NCBI GenBank assembly: GCA_963748625.1
Contig: CAVVJT010000010.1
Span: 1,024,001 to 1,088,000 of the forward strand
Source: an uncultured Chloroflexia bacterium
GTDB taxonomy: Bacteria; Chloroflexota; Limnocylindria; Limnocylindrales; CSP1-4
Direction: 5' to 3'
DNA: 64,000 bases
This document shows, piece after piece, positions 49,623-59,655 of this stretch. A program made the position numbers and the translations under genes. Within the stretch, counting starts at the first letter, position 1. Each line of letters opens with the position of its first letter. The notes under the pieces are model-generated. The model was not told where the DNA came from and did no database searches. It saw nothing but the letters and a program-made list of their open reading frames with translations.

Positions 49623-50435
49623 CTAGCGGGCGTTGTCCGCGGTCGCCGCGAGGATGGCCTTCACCTCGAATGGCGAGATCCCGGGATGCGCCGCCCGGAT
49701 CAGGGCCGCGTACCCCGCGATGTGGGGCGCCGCGAAGCTGTTCCCCGTGACCACCATCCGGGTCCCCCCGCGCCATGCGACATCGACGTTGAGCCCGAAC
49801 GCCCCGAACTCCACGGGTGGCTGCGGGTTGTAGAGCCAGGCGTCGTGCGAGGCCATGTCATGAGCCGCCACCGACACGACCGACGAGAACAGCGACGGAT
49901 AGCTCGCGATCGCCACGTTGTTGGCCGCGGACACCAGGAGCAGGTTGCGGAAGTACGCCTCGTCGGCGAGCTCGTGGAGGACCGCGAAGAACGCGTCCGA
50001 CCGGGAGGAGAGCGACAGGTTCGCCACCGACGCCCCGGACGCCTCGATCGCCCACTGGATGCCTGTGGCGAACGCTCCCCCATTGCCCCGGTTGTCCGCA
50101 CCCAGGACCCGGATCGACACGATCTCCGCCTCAGGCGCGAGCGCGTGGATGATCCCTGCGCATGCCGTCCCATGACCGACGACGTCCACCGGAGCGGTCG
50201 GCACGACATCCCAGTCCTCGCCCCGCCGCTCCACGGCCACGGATTCCACCAGCCGGCCCCCCACGGCGGGATGAGCGGCCTCGACACCCGAGTCGATGAT
50301 CGCCACCCGTGCGCCGCGTCCACTGCCATCCCCGAAGGCCCACGCGCGGTCGATCCGGCCCCACGGCCCGTGCCGGCCGAGGGCCTCGCGGCGTCCGGCG
50401 CTGAACGGCTCGCTCCACGCGGGAAGGTCAGTCAC
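49623..50435 (-). CDS. S8 subtilisin-like serine peptidase (catalytic domain only, no signal peptide)
   Basis: VAIIDSG (Asp), GHGTACAG (His), NLSL, SAANN, GNSFAAPH (Ser); GTG overlaps the GAF-gene stop. Confidence 0.92.
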   Translation of the reverse strand: MTDLPAWSEPFSAGRREALGRHGPWGRIDRAWAFGDGSGRGARVAIIDSGVEAAHPAVGGRLVESVAVERRGEDWDVVPTAPVDVVGHGTACAGIIHALAPEAEIVSIRVLGADNRGNGGAFATGIQWAIEASGASVANLSLSSRSDAFFAVLHELADEAYFRNLLLVSAANNVAIASYPSLFSSVVSVAAHDMASHDAWLYNPQPPVEFGAFGLNVDVAWRGGTRMVVTGNSFAAPHIAGYAALIRAAHPGISPFEVKAILAATADNAR

Positions 50436-51217
50436 CGGCGGAACGAGCGTGTCGCGGGCCGCGCCCCGCGCCGGGCGAGCGCGTCGAGGATGTCGATGAC
50501 CAGGGCGACCTGGTCCGGGGCGGCGGTGCGTGCCCGGGCGACGGCGTCCGCGAGCGCCCACAAGCGGGATCCCTCCTCGCCGTCGAGCGCTCCCGCAAGC
50601 TCCGCCACGGCCGCCTCGAGCGCTGCGGCGTCGGCATCCGGGTCGTCCGCCAGCTGGATCAGCGTCCGCCGCAGCAGCTCGGTCACGTCACGCTCCACGC
50701 GGCCGGCCCGGACGGCGACGGCAGCCTGGCGCGCGAACACCGACGCGACATCGAGCTCGCGGAGCCCGAAGCCCCCGTCGCCGCGGCGGTCGAGCACCTC
50801 GAGCACGCCGATGGAACCCGCGTCATCGAGGACGGGGACGGCCAGGATGGTGCGTGGGACGTAGCCCGTGCTCTCGGCCGTGGCCCGGTCGAACCGCGGA
50901 TCGGCCGTGACATCGCTCACCGCGAGCGGCTGGCCGGTGGTGAAGACGTAGCCCGCGATGCCCTCCGACGAGGCAAACGACAGGCCGACGGCCCCGGGAC
51001 CTGCCACGCCTGCGGCGACGCGGATGACCAGGCGATCGCTGGCGGGATCGTGGAGCGCGATCGACGCGGCCTCGGCGTCGAACAGCGTGACCGCCGCCTC
51101 CACCACCGAGGACAGCACGGCATCGCCTTGGGGCGGCTCAAGGCGGCCGACCGCGGCGGCCCGGGCCGCCACGGCCTCCATGGCGGCGACGATCGCCGGG
51201 TCACGCGGTGCGGTCAT
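50432..51217 (-). CDS. Stand-alone GAF-domain protein
   Basis: AEAASIAL, EGIAGYVFTTGQPLAVSDV..DPRF, TILAVP, IGVLEVLD, FARQAAVAV; no output domain. Confidence 0.88.
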   Translation of the reverse strand: MTAPRDPAIVAAMEAVAARAAAVGRLEPPQGDAVLSSVVEAAVTLFDAEAASIALHDPASDRLVIRVAAGVAGPGAVGLSFASSEGIAGYVFTTGQPLAVSDVTADPRFDRATAESTGYVPRTILAVPVLDDAGSIGVLEVLDRRGDGGFGLRELDVASVFARQAAVAVRAGRVERDVTELLRRTLIQLADDPDADAAALEAAVAELAGALDGEEGSRLWALADAVARARTAAPDQVALVIDILDALARRGARPATRSFRR

Positions 51218-51906
51218 CGGCCTGCCTCCAGGGTGAGCCGGCCCAGGTCCGGCACAACGAGACACTCGCGGTCGTAGCGGACCAGCCCCCGGGCGACGAA
51301 CTCCGCGAGGATCCGGTTGACCGACTCGCGCGAGCCGCCGACCATCCCGGCAAGCTCGGACTGGGTGTAACGGCGATCGAGCCGCGCACCGCCGTCCGCA
51401 TCCGCCGGGCCCGCGAGCGAGGCGATCTGCATAGCCAGGCGCTCGCGCATGTCGAGGAAGTGCATCGCCTCCACGTGACCCGTCAGCCGGCGCAGCTCGC
51501 GGGCGAGGGAGGCGACCAGCGCCCGCCAGAGGCCGGGCTCCCGCTCGAACAGGACCTCGAAGTCCACGCGTCCCAGGACCAGCGTCTCGACCGGCTCGAG
51601 CGTGATCACCGTGGCCGAGTGCGGCTCGCCATCGAGCATGGCCAGCTCGCCGAAGAAGTCCCCCGGCCCAAGCGTGGCCAGGATCGCCGGCTCGCCGGCG
51701 TCGGGCGAGGGCAGCACCACCTTGACCATCCCCGAGGCGATGACGAACAGTGCGTCGCCGGGGTCGCCCTGGTGGAAGATCGTCTGGTCACGCCGGAACC
51801 GGCGCAGGCGCATGCGCTCAACGCAGGCCGCAAGCGCGTCGTCACCCAGTCGCTCGAACAGCACGCACCGTGCAAGCGCGTCCCGTGCCAACCCCAAATC
51901 GACCAA
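51214..51906 (-). CDS. Crp/Fnr-family transcriptional regulator
   Basis: IFHQGDPGD, FFGELAMLDGEPHSAT, TQSELAGMVGGSRESVNR; GGGGAG SD then TTG. Confidence 0.92.
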   Translation of the reverse strand: MVDLGLARDALARCVLFERLGDDALAACVERMRLRRFRRDQTIFHQGDPGDALFVIASGMVKVVLPSPDAGEPAILATLGPGDFFGELAMLDGEPHSATVITLEPVETLVLGRVDFEVLFEREPGLWRALVASLARELRRLTGHVEAMHFLDMRERLAMQIASLAGPADADGGARLDRRYTQSELAGMVGGSRESVNRILAEFVARGLVRYDRECLVVPDLGRLTLEAGR

Positions 51907-52069
51907 TCCGGTCTCCCCTGCGCGACAAGGCTGCCATCGTACCGATCCGCTCTCGTACACTCACGCCCAGTCCCGCTCCCCGGACCCGGTCCGGCGCATG
52001 CGCGGGACGCCCGAGGGATGGGGAGACGATGGACGACCGGCTGGCCACGATGTGGCGTCTGGAGATGGC

Positions 52070-53887
52070 GTGAGCACGGCTGCACCTCCGGCCAAGATCT
52101 CGTCGATGGCGGTGTTCCACCGGCGGGACTTCGTCCTGTTGTGGCTCGCTCAGCTGGTCTCCACCGCGGGGTCGGCGCTCACCGATCTCGCGGCCGGCAT
52201 CTTCGTCTACCAGATGACGGGCTCGGTGCTCGCGGTCGGCCTGACGCTCATGGCCACGGCGGTCCCGAGCCTGGTCGTGGGCCTCATCGCCGGTGTCTTC
52301 GTGGACCGCTACGACCGGCGCAAGGTCATGATCGCCAGCAACATCGGCCAGATGATCGTGGTCGCCACGATCCCGTTCATCATCGGCCCCACGCTCTGGC
52401 CGCTCTACGTCGCGATCCTGATCAATGCCGGCGTGAAGCAGTTCTTCGACCCGGCCTATGACGCGCTCATCCCGGACATCGCGTCCGACGAGGAACTGAC
52501 CGCCGCCAACGCGTTCCTCCAGATCGCCTCGTTCGGATCGACGGCCATCGGCTTCGCCGGCGCCGGCCTGCTGGCGTCGATCGACATCCGGCTCGCGTTC
52601 TTCATCGACGCACTCACCTTCGCGTTCTCGGCCCTCTGCATCTTCCTGATGAAGACCAAGGGCAGTGTCCCGGCACCCGAGGAGCCCACGTCGGTCGGGC
52701 TGGTCGTCCGGAACCTCAAGGAAGGCGTCAGGACGATCTTCCACACGCCGGTGATCCGCTCGCTGTTCCTGCTGGGCGCGCCAGTCTTCTTCTCCTTCGG
52801 CCTATGGAACGTCCTGCTCCTGCCGATGGCGATCGAGGTCCTCGGCGGCACCGAGTTCCAGTACGGGATCCAGGAGGGCCTCACCTCCATCGGCTTCGTC
52901 GCAGGCTCGCTGTTCATGGCCAAGTACGCCCCCAGGCTGCCCCTCGGCACGTGGATCTTCGTTGGCTCGGTGGGCATGGGCATCGCCGGGATCCTGTACG
53001 GCATGGCGACCAGCATCTGGGTGGGCATCATCTGGGTCACGCTGAGCGGGTTCTTCAACTCGCCCTCGGCCGTCGCCCGCTCGACGCTGCTCCAGCGCGC
53101 GACACCGCGCGAGATGCGCGGCCGCGTGTTCTCCGCGCTGTATGTCATGCGCGATGTGATCTTCCTGCTCGGCATGGCGGGCGCGGGCCTCGCGGAATAC
53201 CTCGATGTGCGGATGATGATCATCTTCGCCTCGGCGATCCTGGTGGTGGTGGGCCTGGTCGCCTTGGTCGCCCCCGGTATCGGCCGGCCGGCTGCCCAGT
53301 GGCGGCGCGGCCTCGTCGCGCTGCGGGCGTCGCGGGCAGGCGCCCTGGGCGAGGTCCGGCCGGCAACCATGGCGGACTTCGAGGTCCTCACCGGACGCCT
53401 CGCAACCTTCACCCGGCTCAGCCCGACCCAGCGGTCCGCATTCCTCAAGGACGCGATCGTCCGCGACGTGCCCGAGGGCGGCCGGATCGTGATGATCGGC
53501 GAGAAGGCGACCTCGGCGTACTTCATCCTCGAGGGCGAGGCTGTGGCCGGTGTGCCCGACGAGGCTGGCGGCTACCGAGTCCTGCGGACGATGCCCGCAG
53601 GCGACTTCTTCGGGGAGATCGCGGCGCTCACAGGGAGCCCCCGCACGGCGGATGTCGTGTCGGTCGTGCCGTCGTCCCTGCTGGAGGTGCCGGCCACGGC
53701 GCTGCGCGCCGTGATGGAGAACCCGGACGTCAACAAGCTCCTGCTCGACACGCTCAGCGAGCGCCTGAGCCGGACGAACTCCCCCGACCTGCCGCGGCTT
53801 GCCACGATGGACCAGGCGGCCCTGCGGGATCTGCGGACCGCGGCGCCCAGCGTCGAGCCGCTCCCGCGTGCCTATGACGCGGGCTAG
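52070..53887 (+). CDS. MFS transporter fused to a C-terminal cyclic-nucleotide-binding domain
   Basis: GVFVDRYDRRK motif A, about 12 TMs, MRGRVFS; GDFFGEIAALTGSPRTADV. Confidence 0.9.
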   Translation: MSTAAPPAKISSMAVFHRRDFVLLWLAQLVSTAGSALTDLAAGIFVYQMTGSVLAVGLTLMATAVPSLVVGLIAGVFVDRYDRRKVMIASNIGQMIVVATIPFIIGPTLWPLYVAILINAGVKQFFDPAYDALIPDIASDEELTAANAFLQIASFGSTAIGFAGAGLLASIDIRLAFFIDALTFAFSALCIFLMKTKGSVPAPEEPTSVGLVVRNLKEGVRTIFHTPVIRSLFLLGAPVFFSFGLWNVLLLPMAIEVLGGTEFQYGIQEGLTSIGFVAGSLFMAKYAPRLPLGTWIFVGSVGMGIAGILYGMATSIWVGIIWVTLSGFFNSPSAVARSTLLQRATPREMRGRVFSALYVMRDVIFLLGMAGAGLAEYLDVRMMIIFASAILVVVGLVALVAPGIGRPAAQWRRGLVALRASRAGALGEVRPATMADFEVLTGRLATFTRLSPTQRSAFLKDAIVRDVPEGGRIVMIGEKATSAYFILEGEAVAGVPDEAGGYRVLRTMPAGDFFGEIAALTGSPRTADVVSVVPSSLLEVPATALRAVMENPDVNKLLLDTLSERLSRTNSPDLPRLATMDQAALRDLRTAAPSVEPLPRAYDAG

Positions 53888-53893
53888 AGGAGG

Positions 53894-54563
53894 TCAGCCC
53901 CGCGGAACGGGCCGCATCGGGTAGACGCCCACCACCACGGGCGTCACCGGGTCGAGCGAGAGCTCGTAGCCCACGTCACCGCTGGCGAGCAGCTCGCCCA
54001 TGAGGCGGCCCTCCACCGGCGGCAGGCCGATGAACAGGGTGTGGGCGCCCACGCGGATCGGGGCGACCTCGTCGTCATCACCGACGATCCCGAACCGCCT
54101 GCGCAGCTCGTGCATGGGGATCCACGGCCGACTCTTGATGAAGCGGCGGAGCTGGGCGGTGGTGCAGGTCGGCCGGGACTCCGCTGCGGCGTCCGGCCGC
54201 TCGGCCTGCGCGGGACGGTCCGCGGGGCCGTCCGCGGGGCGGTCGCGGGCCGTCCGCGGGGCGGTCGATGGGGCGGCCTGACGCACGGTCCCCACGCTCC
54301 GGGGCGGCGCCCGCCGGCGACGGGGCGGCCGCCGGCGACGGTGCGGCCGGCCACGGCGCGGAGGTGACGGCAACCGGTGCCTGCACCGGCTCGTATGGGA
54401 TGACGCGTGCCGGCTGTTCCCCACCGAACGGTGCTCCGGGCAGCGACGCTCCGGTCATGCCCTCGGGCGGCGCATCGTTCGCGCCTGCCATCCCCTGGTC
54501 GCCGGCCGCGCCGGACTGCGGCCGCGGCCCATGGTGCCGGGGGTGCCGACTGCGCCTGCTCAT
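53894..54563 (-). CDS. Hypothetical protein (low-complexity N-terminus, possible indel; conserved-looking C-terminal domain)
   Basis: C-terminal CTTAQLRRFIKSRPWIPMHELRRRFGI...VGYELSLDP..PVVVGVYP; best N-terminus lies in another frame. Confidence 0.5.
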
Positions 54564-54695
54564 CGGCGGGGGAAGCGCGAACGGGAGGTCCGCGCGGGGT
54601 GGAACGTCATCGTGAATCCCGTGGTGGATCGGCGGATTGTGCCTGGGCAGCGCCGATCGGCGGATGATACCCCTGCCACCCGGGGGGTGCCGCCG

Positions 54696-55865
54696 TCAGC
54701 CTCGGACGACCAGCAGGTCGCGCGGCACCTCGTTGAGCACCACTGGGCCGTCGTCACCACAGACAACGATGTCCTCGATCCGCGCCCCGTAGCGGCCCTC
54801 GAGGTAGATGCCGGGCTCCACGCTGAACGCCATGCCCTCGGCCATGCGCTCCCGGTTCCCGGCAACCATGTAGGGCTCCTCGTGCCCCTCCAGGCCGATG
54901 CCATGGCCCGTCCGGTGGAAGAACGCCTCGCCATACCCCGCATCGTCGATGAACGAGCGGGCCACCTGGTCCACGCGCTCGCAGGTGATGCCGGGCCGGA
55001 CGACGGCACTGGCCGCCGCCTGGGCGTGCTGGAGCACGCTGTAGAGGCGCAGGAACCCGGTGTCCGGGCCGGCCTCCGGATCGCCCCCGGTGACCCACAC
55101 GGTGCGGGTGATGTCCGAGCCGTAGCCGCCCAGCTGCCCGCCGATGTCGATCACGATCGGCTCACCCGCTGCGATCACGCGCTCGCCGGGGTCGTGGTGC
55201 GGCGAGGCGCTGTGGGGGCCGGACGCCACGATCCAGAACTCCGCGTGGTCATGGCCCTCGGCGACGAGGCGCTCGCGGACCTCGCGGGCGACGTCGGCTT
55301 CAGTGCGACCCACCAGCGGCCCGCCGGCGATCGCGAGGACCACCCGGTCGGCCGCCTGGGCTGCCGCCCGCAGCAGGGCGACCTCATCGGGGTCCTTGCG
55401 CATGCGCAGCGTCCGCAGCACCGTTGAGGCGACGGTAAACCGGGCAGCCGGCAGCACGCGCTGGAGCCCCAGGACGAATGCCGCGCGCATGCCGTCCGAG
55501 ACGGCGACAGCGCCCATGTCCCCTGCCGGCCGACCCACCGCCGCCTCCAGCAGCGAGGCCACCAGCAGCATCGGATCCTCGGTCTCCTCCCAGGTCGCAA
55601 CCGTCACGGCGCCGGCGACGGCTGCCGGGCATCCGCGCGCTGGCGCGGCCTCGAGCCTGGGGGCGACCAGCGTGACGGCCGTGGCGTCTCGCGCCGGGAC
55701 CACGAGGAGCGTCAGGCGCTCCAGGGGCGATGCCTCGTAACCGGACAGGTAGCGGAGGTCCGCGCCGACGCCAACCAGCAGCGCGTCCAGACCGGCCGCT
55801 GCGGCAGCCTGGCGGGCCGCGGCGAGCCGGGCCGCATAGCGCTCCTGCGGGATTCCGAGGGTCAT
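54696..55865 (-). CDS. Xaa-Pro peptidase (M24 family)
   Basis: SPHH, DIGG...SDITRT, HRTGHGIG..HE.P, SVEPGIY, RIED. Confidence 0.92.
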   Translation of the reverse strand: MTLGIPQERYAARLAAARQAAAAAGLDALLVGVGADLRYLSGYEASPLERLTLLVVPARDATAVTLVAPRLEAAPARGCPAAVAGAVTVATWEETEDPMLLVASLLEAAVGRPAGDMGAVAVSDGMRAAFVLGLQRVLPAARFTVASTVLRTLRMRKDPDEVALLRAAAQAADRVVLAIAGGPLVGRTEADVAREVRERLVAEGHDHAEFWIVASGPHSASPHHDPGERVIAAGEPIVIDIGGQLGGYGSDITRTVWVTGGDPEAGPDTGFLRLYSVLQHAQAAASAVVRPGITCERVDQVARSFIDDAGYGEAFFHRTGHGIGLEGHEEPYMVAGNRERMAEGMAFSVEPGIYLEGRYGARIEDIVVCGDDGPVVLNEVPRDLLVVRG

Positions 55866-56257
55866 CGTGTCTCCTCCGTGGCAGGGACGAGGGTGGCGAT
55901 CCAGGCGCCGAGGTCACGGTCACCGTGCTCGAACAGCGCTCGATAGGCGAAGACCTGGGCGGCTCCGGCAGCCTTCGCAGCGCGACGGACCTCGATGTCG
56001 TCGTGCTGGCCGACCGCGATGACGGGCACGCCGGACGCTGCCGCCACGCCGAGCGCGGTCACGCCGTCGTAGGCCCGCGCCGTCAGGTCCACGATGCACC
56101 CGGCGGCCCCCTCGAGCGAGGCGAGGAGCGCGGCGGCCGAACGCACGGGCACGGGCACCCCACCCGTGCGCCGGACCGTATCGGCCAGGCGGGTGGCCCA
56201 GATCAGGTCGTCGGCCAGGATGGCGATCCGCGGAGCGGCGTCTGGCTCCGCCGTCAC
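55862..56257 (-). CDS. Receiver-like (CheY-fold) single-domain protein
   Basis: IAILADDLIW, IVDL, VIAVGQH...AKAAGA. Confidence 0.6.
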   Translation of the reverse strand: MTAEPDAAPRIAILADDLIWATRLADTVRRTGGVPVPVRSAAALLASLEGAAGCIVDLTARAYDGVTALGVAAASGVPVIAVGQHDDIEVRRAAKAAGAAQVFAYRALFEHGDRDLGAWIATLVPATEETR

Positions 56258-56754
56258 CCGAGCCCGGCGACGAGGTGGCGGAAGACGTCCGCCGCGGCCA
56301 CCACGCCGATGGGCTTGCCATCCTCCACGATCGGGATGTGGCGGAACCCGCCGACGGCCATCTTGTGGATCGCCACCGCGAGCGTGTCGTCGTGGCGCAG
56401 GACCACTGGGTCGGGGGTCATGAAGTCCTCCACCCGGTAGAGCTGGAGGCGCTTGTCGGCAGCCTTCACCACGGCGTCGCGGTCGGTGAAGATGCCCACC
56501 AGGTGGCCCTCCTCCACCACGAGCAGGCAGTCCGAGCCGTCCTCGTGCATGCGGCGGATGGCATCCGCGACGGGAAGGTCCCGTTCCACGGCCTTGGGCG
56601 ATCCGATCCCGAGCGCGTCGATGTGGTCACCCAGGAGGGCGTCGTTGTAGTCGATCGCCGAGCGGGTGGTATCCGAGGTGGCGAGGTCCGCGCCGCAGTT
56701 CTCGCAGGTGTCCTCGCCCTCGAAGTTGTCGGTGTGGCAGACGGGGCACAGCAT
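56254..56754 (-). CDS. Zinc-ribbon + CBS-pair protein
   Basis: MLCPVCHTDN...CENCG; LVGIFTDRD, MTPDP, GFRHIPIV. Confidence 0.85.
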   Translation of the reverse strand: MLCPVCHTDNFEGEDTCENCGADLATSDTTRSAIDYNDALLGDHIDALGIGSPKAVERDLPVADAIRRMHEDGSDCLLVVEEGHLVGIFTDRDAVVKAADKRLQLYRVEDFMTPDPVVLRHDDTLAVAIHKMAVGGFRHIPIVEDGKPIGVVAAADVFRHLVAGLG

Positions 56755-56758
56755 GTGT

Positions 56759-57790
56759 CTACTCCACCGTCCAGGTCTCGCCGGCCAGCAGGAGCTTCGC
56801 GAGGTCGCCCTCGCCATGCAGCTCCCGGGCCTGCTCGATCTGGGCGTCAACGAGGTCGTTGTGGGTGGGCCGCTGCACCTGGCGCAGGACGCCCACGGGG
56901 ACGGGGTACTCCGGCCAGAACATCCGCGAGAGGATCAGCGCGTAGTACGGGTCCTCGGCGTGCTGGTCATGGACCAGCAGGTCGTCCTCGGTGATCCCGT
57001 TCTCGCCGATCGTGACGACCTCCGGGTGGAGGCCGTTGAGGCGGATGCCCTTGTCGCGGTTCTTGCCGAAGACAAGCGGCTTGCCGTGCTCCAGGACCAG
57101 CATCCGGTCATCGCGGACATCACGCTCGGTGAACTCCCGCCACGCGCCGTCGTTGAAGATGTTGCAGTTCTGGAGGATCTCGACGAAGGCGGCGCCGCGG
57201 TGGTGGCCGGCGGCCTCGAGGGTGTGCTGCATGTGCTCGGTGTGGGTGTCCACGGTCCGGGCGACGAACGTGGCCTCTGCGGCGATCGCCATCGTCAGGG
57301 GCAGGATCGGCCGGTCCACGGAGCCCATAGGGGTGGACTTCGTCCGCTTGCCGAACTCCGAGGTGGGCGACGTCTGGCCCTTGGTGAGGCCATAGATCCG
57401 GTTGTTGTGCATGAGCATGGTGAAGTCCACGTTCCGGCGCATCGAGTGCAGGAAGTGGTTGCCACCGATGGACAGCGCGTCGCCGTCACCGGTGATCACC
57501 CAGACCATGAGGTCCGGCCGGGCCAGCTTGAGCCCGGTCGCGAGCGTGGGCGCGCGGCCGTGGATCGAGTGGAAGCCGTAGGTGTTCATGTAGTACGGCA
57601 GGCGCCCGGAGCAGCCGATGCCGGAGATGAAGACGATGTTCTCCTTCGGCACGCCGAAGTCGGGCATCACCTTCTGCGTCTGGGCCAGGATCGAGTAGTC
57701 CCCGCAGCCGGGGCACCACCGGACCTCCTGCTCCGCGACGAAGTCCTTGCGGGTCAGCTTGATGGGGGCGGTGTCGAGCGTCTCGGTCAT
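56759..57790 (-). CDS. korB: 2-oxoacid:ferredoxin oxidoreductase beta subunit
   Basis: WCPGCGD, SGIGCS, IHGR, GDGD, NN..YGLTKGQ.SPT, QNCNIFN. Confidence 0.93.
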   Translation of the reverse strand: MTETLDTAPIKLTRKDFVAEQEVRWCPGCGDYSILAQTQKVMPDFGVPKENIVFISGIGCSGRLPYYMNTYGFHSIHGRAPTLATGLKLARPDLMVWVITGDGDALSIGGNHFLHSMRRNVDFTMLMHNNRIYGLTKGQTSPTSEFGKRTKSTPMGSVDRPILPLTMAIAAEATFVARTVDTHTEHMQHTLEAAGHHRGAAFVEILQNCNIFNDGAWREFTERDVRDDRMLVLEHGKPLVFGKNRDKGIRLNGLHPEVVTIGENGITEDDLLVHDQHAEDPYYALILSRMFWPEYPVPVGVLRQVQRPTHNDLVDAQIEQARELHGEGDLAKLLLAGETWTVE

Positions 57791-57795
57791 CGGTG

Positions 57796-59655
57796 TCAGC
57801 TCCGCTCGGCCAGGAGGCGGTTGGCCTCGTCGACGATCTCGGCGATCCGGAACGGCTTGCCCCGGACGCGCCCATAGCTGATGGCATCCACGAGGTACGT
57901 GCCGCGGAGCACGAACCACAGCTGGCCGAGGTTGAGCTCGGGGACCAGCACGGTCTTGTAGCTGCGGAGCACGTCGCCCGTGTTCTTCGGGAACGGGAAC
58001 AGGTGGCGCAGGTGCGCGTGGGCCACGGACTTGCCCTCGGCCTGGAGCCGCTCCGCCGCGCTGCGCAGCGCACCGTAGGTGGAACCCCAGCCCAGGATCA
58101 GCAGCTCGCCCCGCTCGGGCCCGAAGACCTCAAGGTCCGCGATGTCGTTGGCGATGCCTGCGACCTTGTCGCGGCGCAAGATCGACATCCTGTGGTGGTT
58201 CTCGGTGTCGTAGCTCACCGTTCCCAGGCCATCGAGCTTCTCGAGGCCACCGATGCGGTGCTCGAGGCCCGGGGTGCCCGGCACGGCCCACGGCCGGCTC
58301 AGGGTCTCCGGATCGCGCCCGTACGGGAGGAAGCGCCCCTCGCCCTTGACAGCGTTGGGGACGGAGATGTCCGGCAGCACATCGAGCGCCGGGACCTTCC
58401 ACGGCTCGGCGCCGTTGCCCACGAAGGCATCGGAGAGGTACATGACCGGGGTCATGTACTTGAGCGCGATGCGCGAGGCCTCGATCGCAAGCGTGAAGCA
58501 CTCGCCGGGCGTGGCCGGAGCCAGGACCGGCATCGGTGCCTCGCCATTCCGGCCGAAGATCGCCTGGAACAGGTCGGCCTGCTCCACCTTGGTCGGGAGA
58601 CCGGTGGACGGGCCTGCGCGCTGCACGTTGACGATGACCATCGGCAGCTCGGTCATGACCGCCAGGCCCATGGCCTCCGTCTTGAGCGCGACGCCCGGGC
58701 CGGACGTGCCGGTGAGGGCGAGCGCGCCGCCGTAGGCCGCACCGATCGTGGAGCCCATGGCCGCGATCTCGTCCTCAGCCTGGAACGTCCGCACGCCGAA
58801 CGACTTGTACGTCGCGAGGTACTGCAGGATGTCCGTGGCCGGCGTGATCGGGTAGGAGCCGTAGAACAGGTCGCGCTTGGCGCACTGCGCCGCGGCCAGG
58901 AAGCCGAGTGCGGTCGCCTCGTTGCCGGTGATGTTCCGGTAGGTCCCCGGGGCCAGCTTGGCCTTGGGCACCCGGTAGGTCTGGTGGAACATCTCCGTGG
59001 TCTCGCCGAAGGCGTAACCGGCCTTGAGGGCCCGCTTGTTCGCCTCCGCCACGACCGGCCGGCTGGAGAACTTCTGGTCGATCCACTCGACGGTGGGGAC
59101 CATCGAGCGCTCGTAGAGCCAGAACATCAGGCCCAGGGCGAAGAAGTTCTTCGTCAGGTCCACCTGCTTGCTGGTCATCTCCAGCCCCTCGAGCGCTGCC
59201 GCGTTGAGGGTGCTGATCGGCACCGGGAAGACCTTGTACTGCTTGAGCGAGTCGTCCATCAGGGGACTCGCCGCGTAGGCGGCCTTCGAGAGGTTGGCAG
59301 GCGTGAAGGCGTCGCTGTTGACGATGATCGCGCCGCCGGCCGGCAGGTCCGCGACGTTCGTCTTGAGCGCAGCCGGGTTCATGGCGACCAGCACGTCCGG
59401 CGCGTCACCCGGGGTGTGGATGTCCGACGCGGAGAAGCTGATCTGGAACCCCGAGACGCCGGGGAGCGAGCCCGCAGGGGCGCGGATCTCGGCCGGGTAG
59501 TCCGGGAAGGTGGAGATGTCGTTGCCGAAGACGGCCGCCGTCCGGGTGAACTGGGTTCCCGTGAGCTGCATGCCGTCGCCGGAGTCGCCGGCGAACCGGA
59601 TGGTGACGCGGTCGAGCTCCTGGACGGTGTGCTCGACACTCTCGGAGGTGGTCAT
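57796..59655 (-). CDS. korA: 2-oxoacid:ferredoxin oxidoreductase alpha subunit (gamma-alpha fusion)
   Basis: AGDSGDG, YPAEIR, YPITPA, QAEDE, TSGPG, QRAGPSTGLPTK. Confidence 0.93.
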   Translation of the reverse strand: MTTSESVEHTVQELDRVTIRFAGDSGDGMQLTGTQFTRTAAVFGNDISTFPDYPAEIRAPAGSLPGVSGFQISFSASDIHTPGDAPDVLVAMNPAALKTNVADLPAGGAIIVNSDAFTPANLSKAAYAASPLMDDSLKQYKVFPVPISTLNAAALEGLEMTSKQVDLTKNFFALGLMFWLYERSMVPTVEWIDQKFSSRPVVAEANKRALKAGYAFGETTEMFHQTYRVPKAKLAPGTYRNITGNEATALGFLAAAQCAKRDLFYGSYPITPATDILQYLATYKSFGVRTFQAEDEIAAMGSTIGAAYGGALALTGTSGPGVALKTEAMGLAVMTELPMVIVNVQRAGPSTGLPTKVEQADLFQAIFGRNGEAPMPVLAPATPGECFTLAIEASRIALKYMTPVMYLSDAFVGNGAEPWKVPALDVLPDISVPNAVKGEGRFLPYGRDPETLSRPWAVPGTPGLEHRIGGLEKLDGLGTVSYDTENHHRMSILRRDKVAGIANDIADLEVFGPERGELLILGWGSTYGALRSAAERLQAEGKSVAHAHLRHLFPFPKNTGDVLRSYKTVLVPELNLGQLWFVLRGTYLVDAISYGRVRGKPFRIAEIVDEANRLLAERS

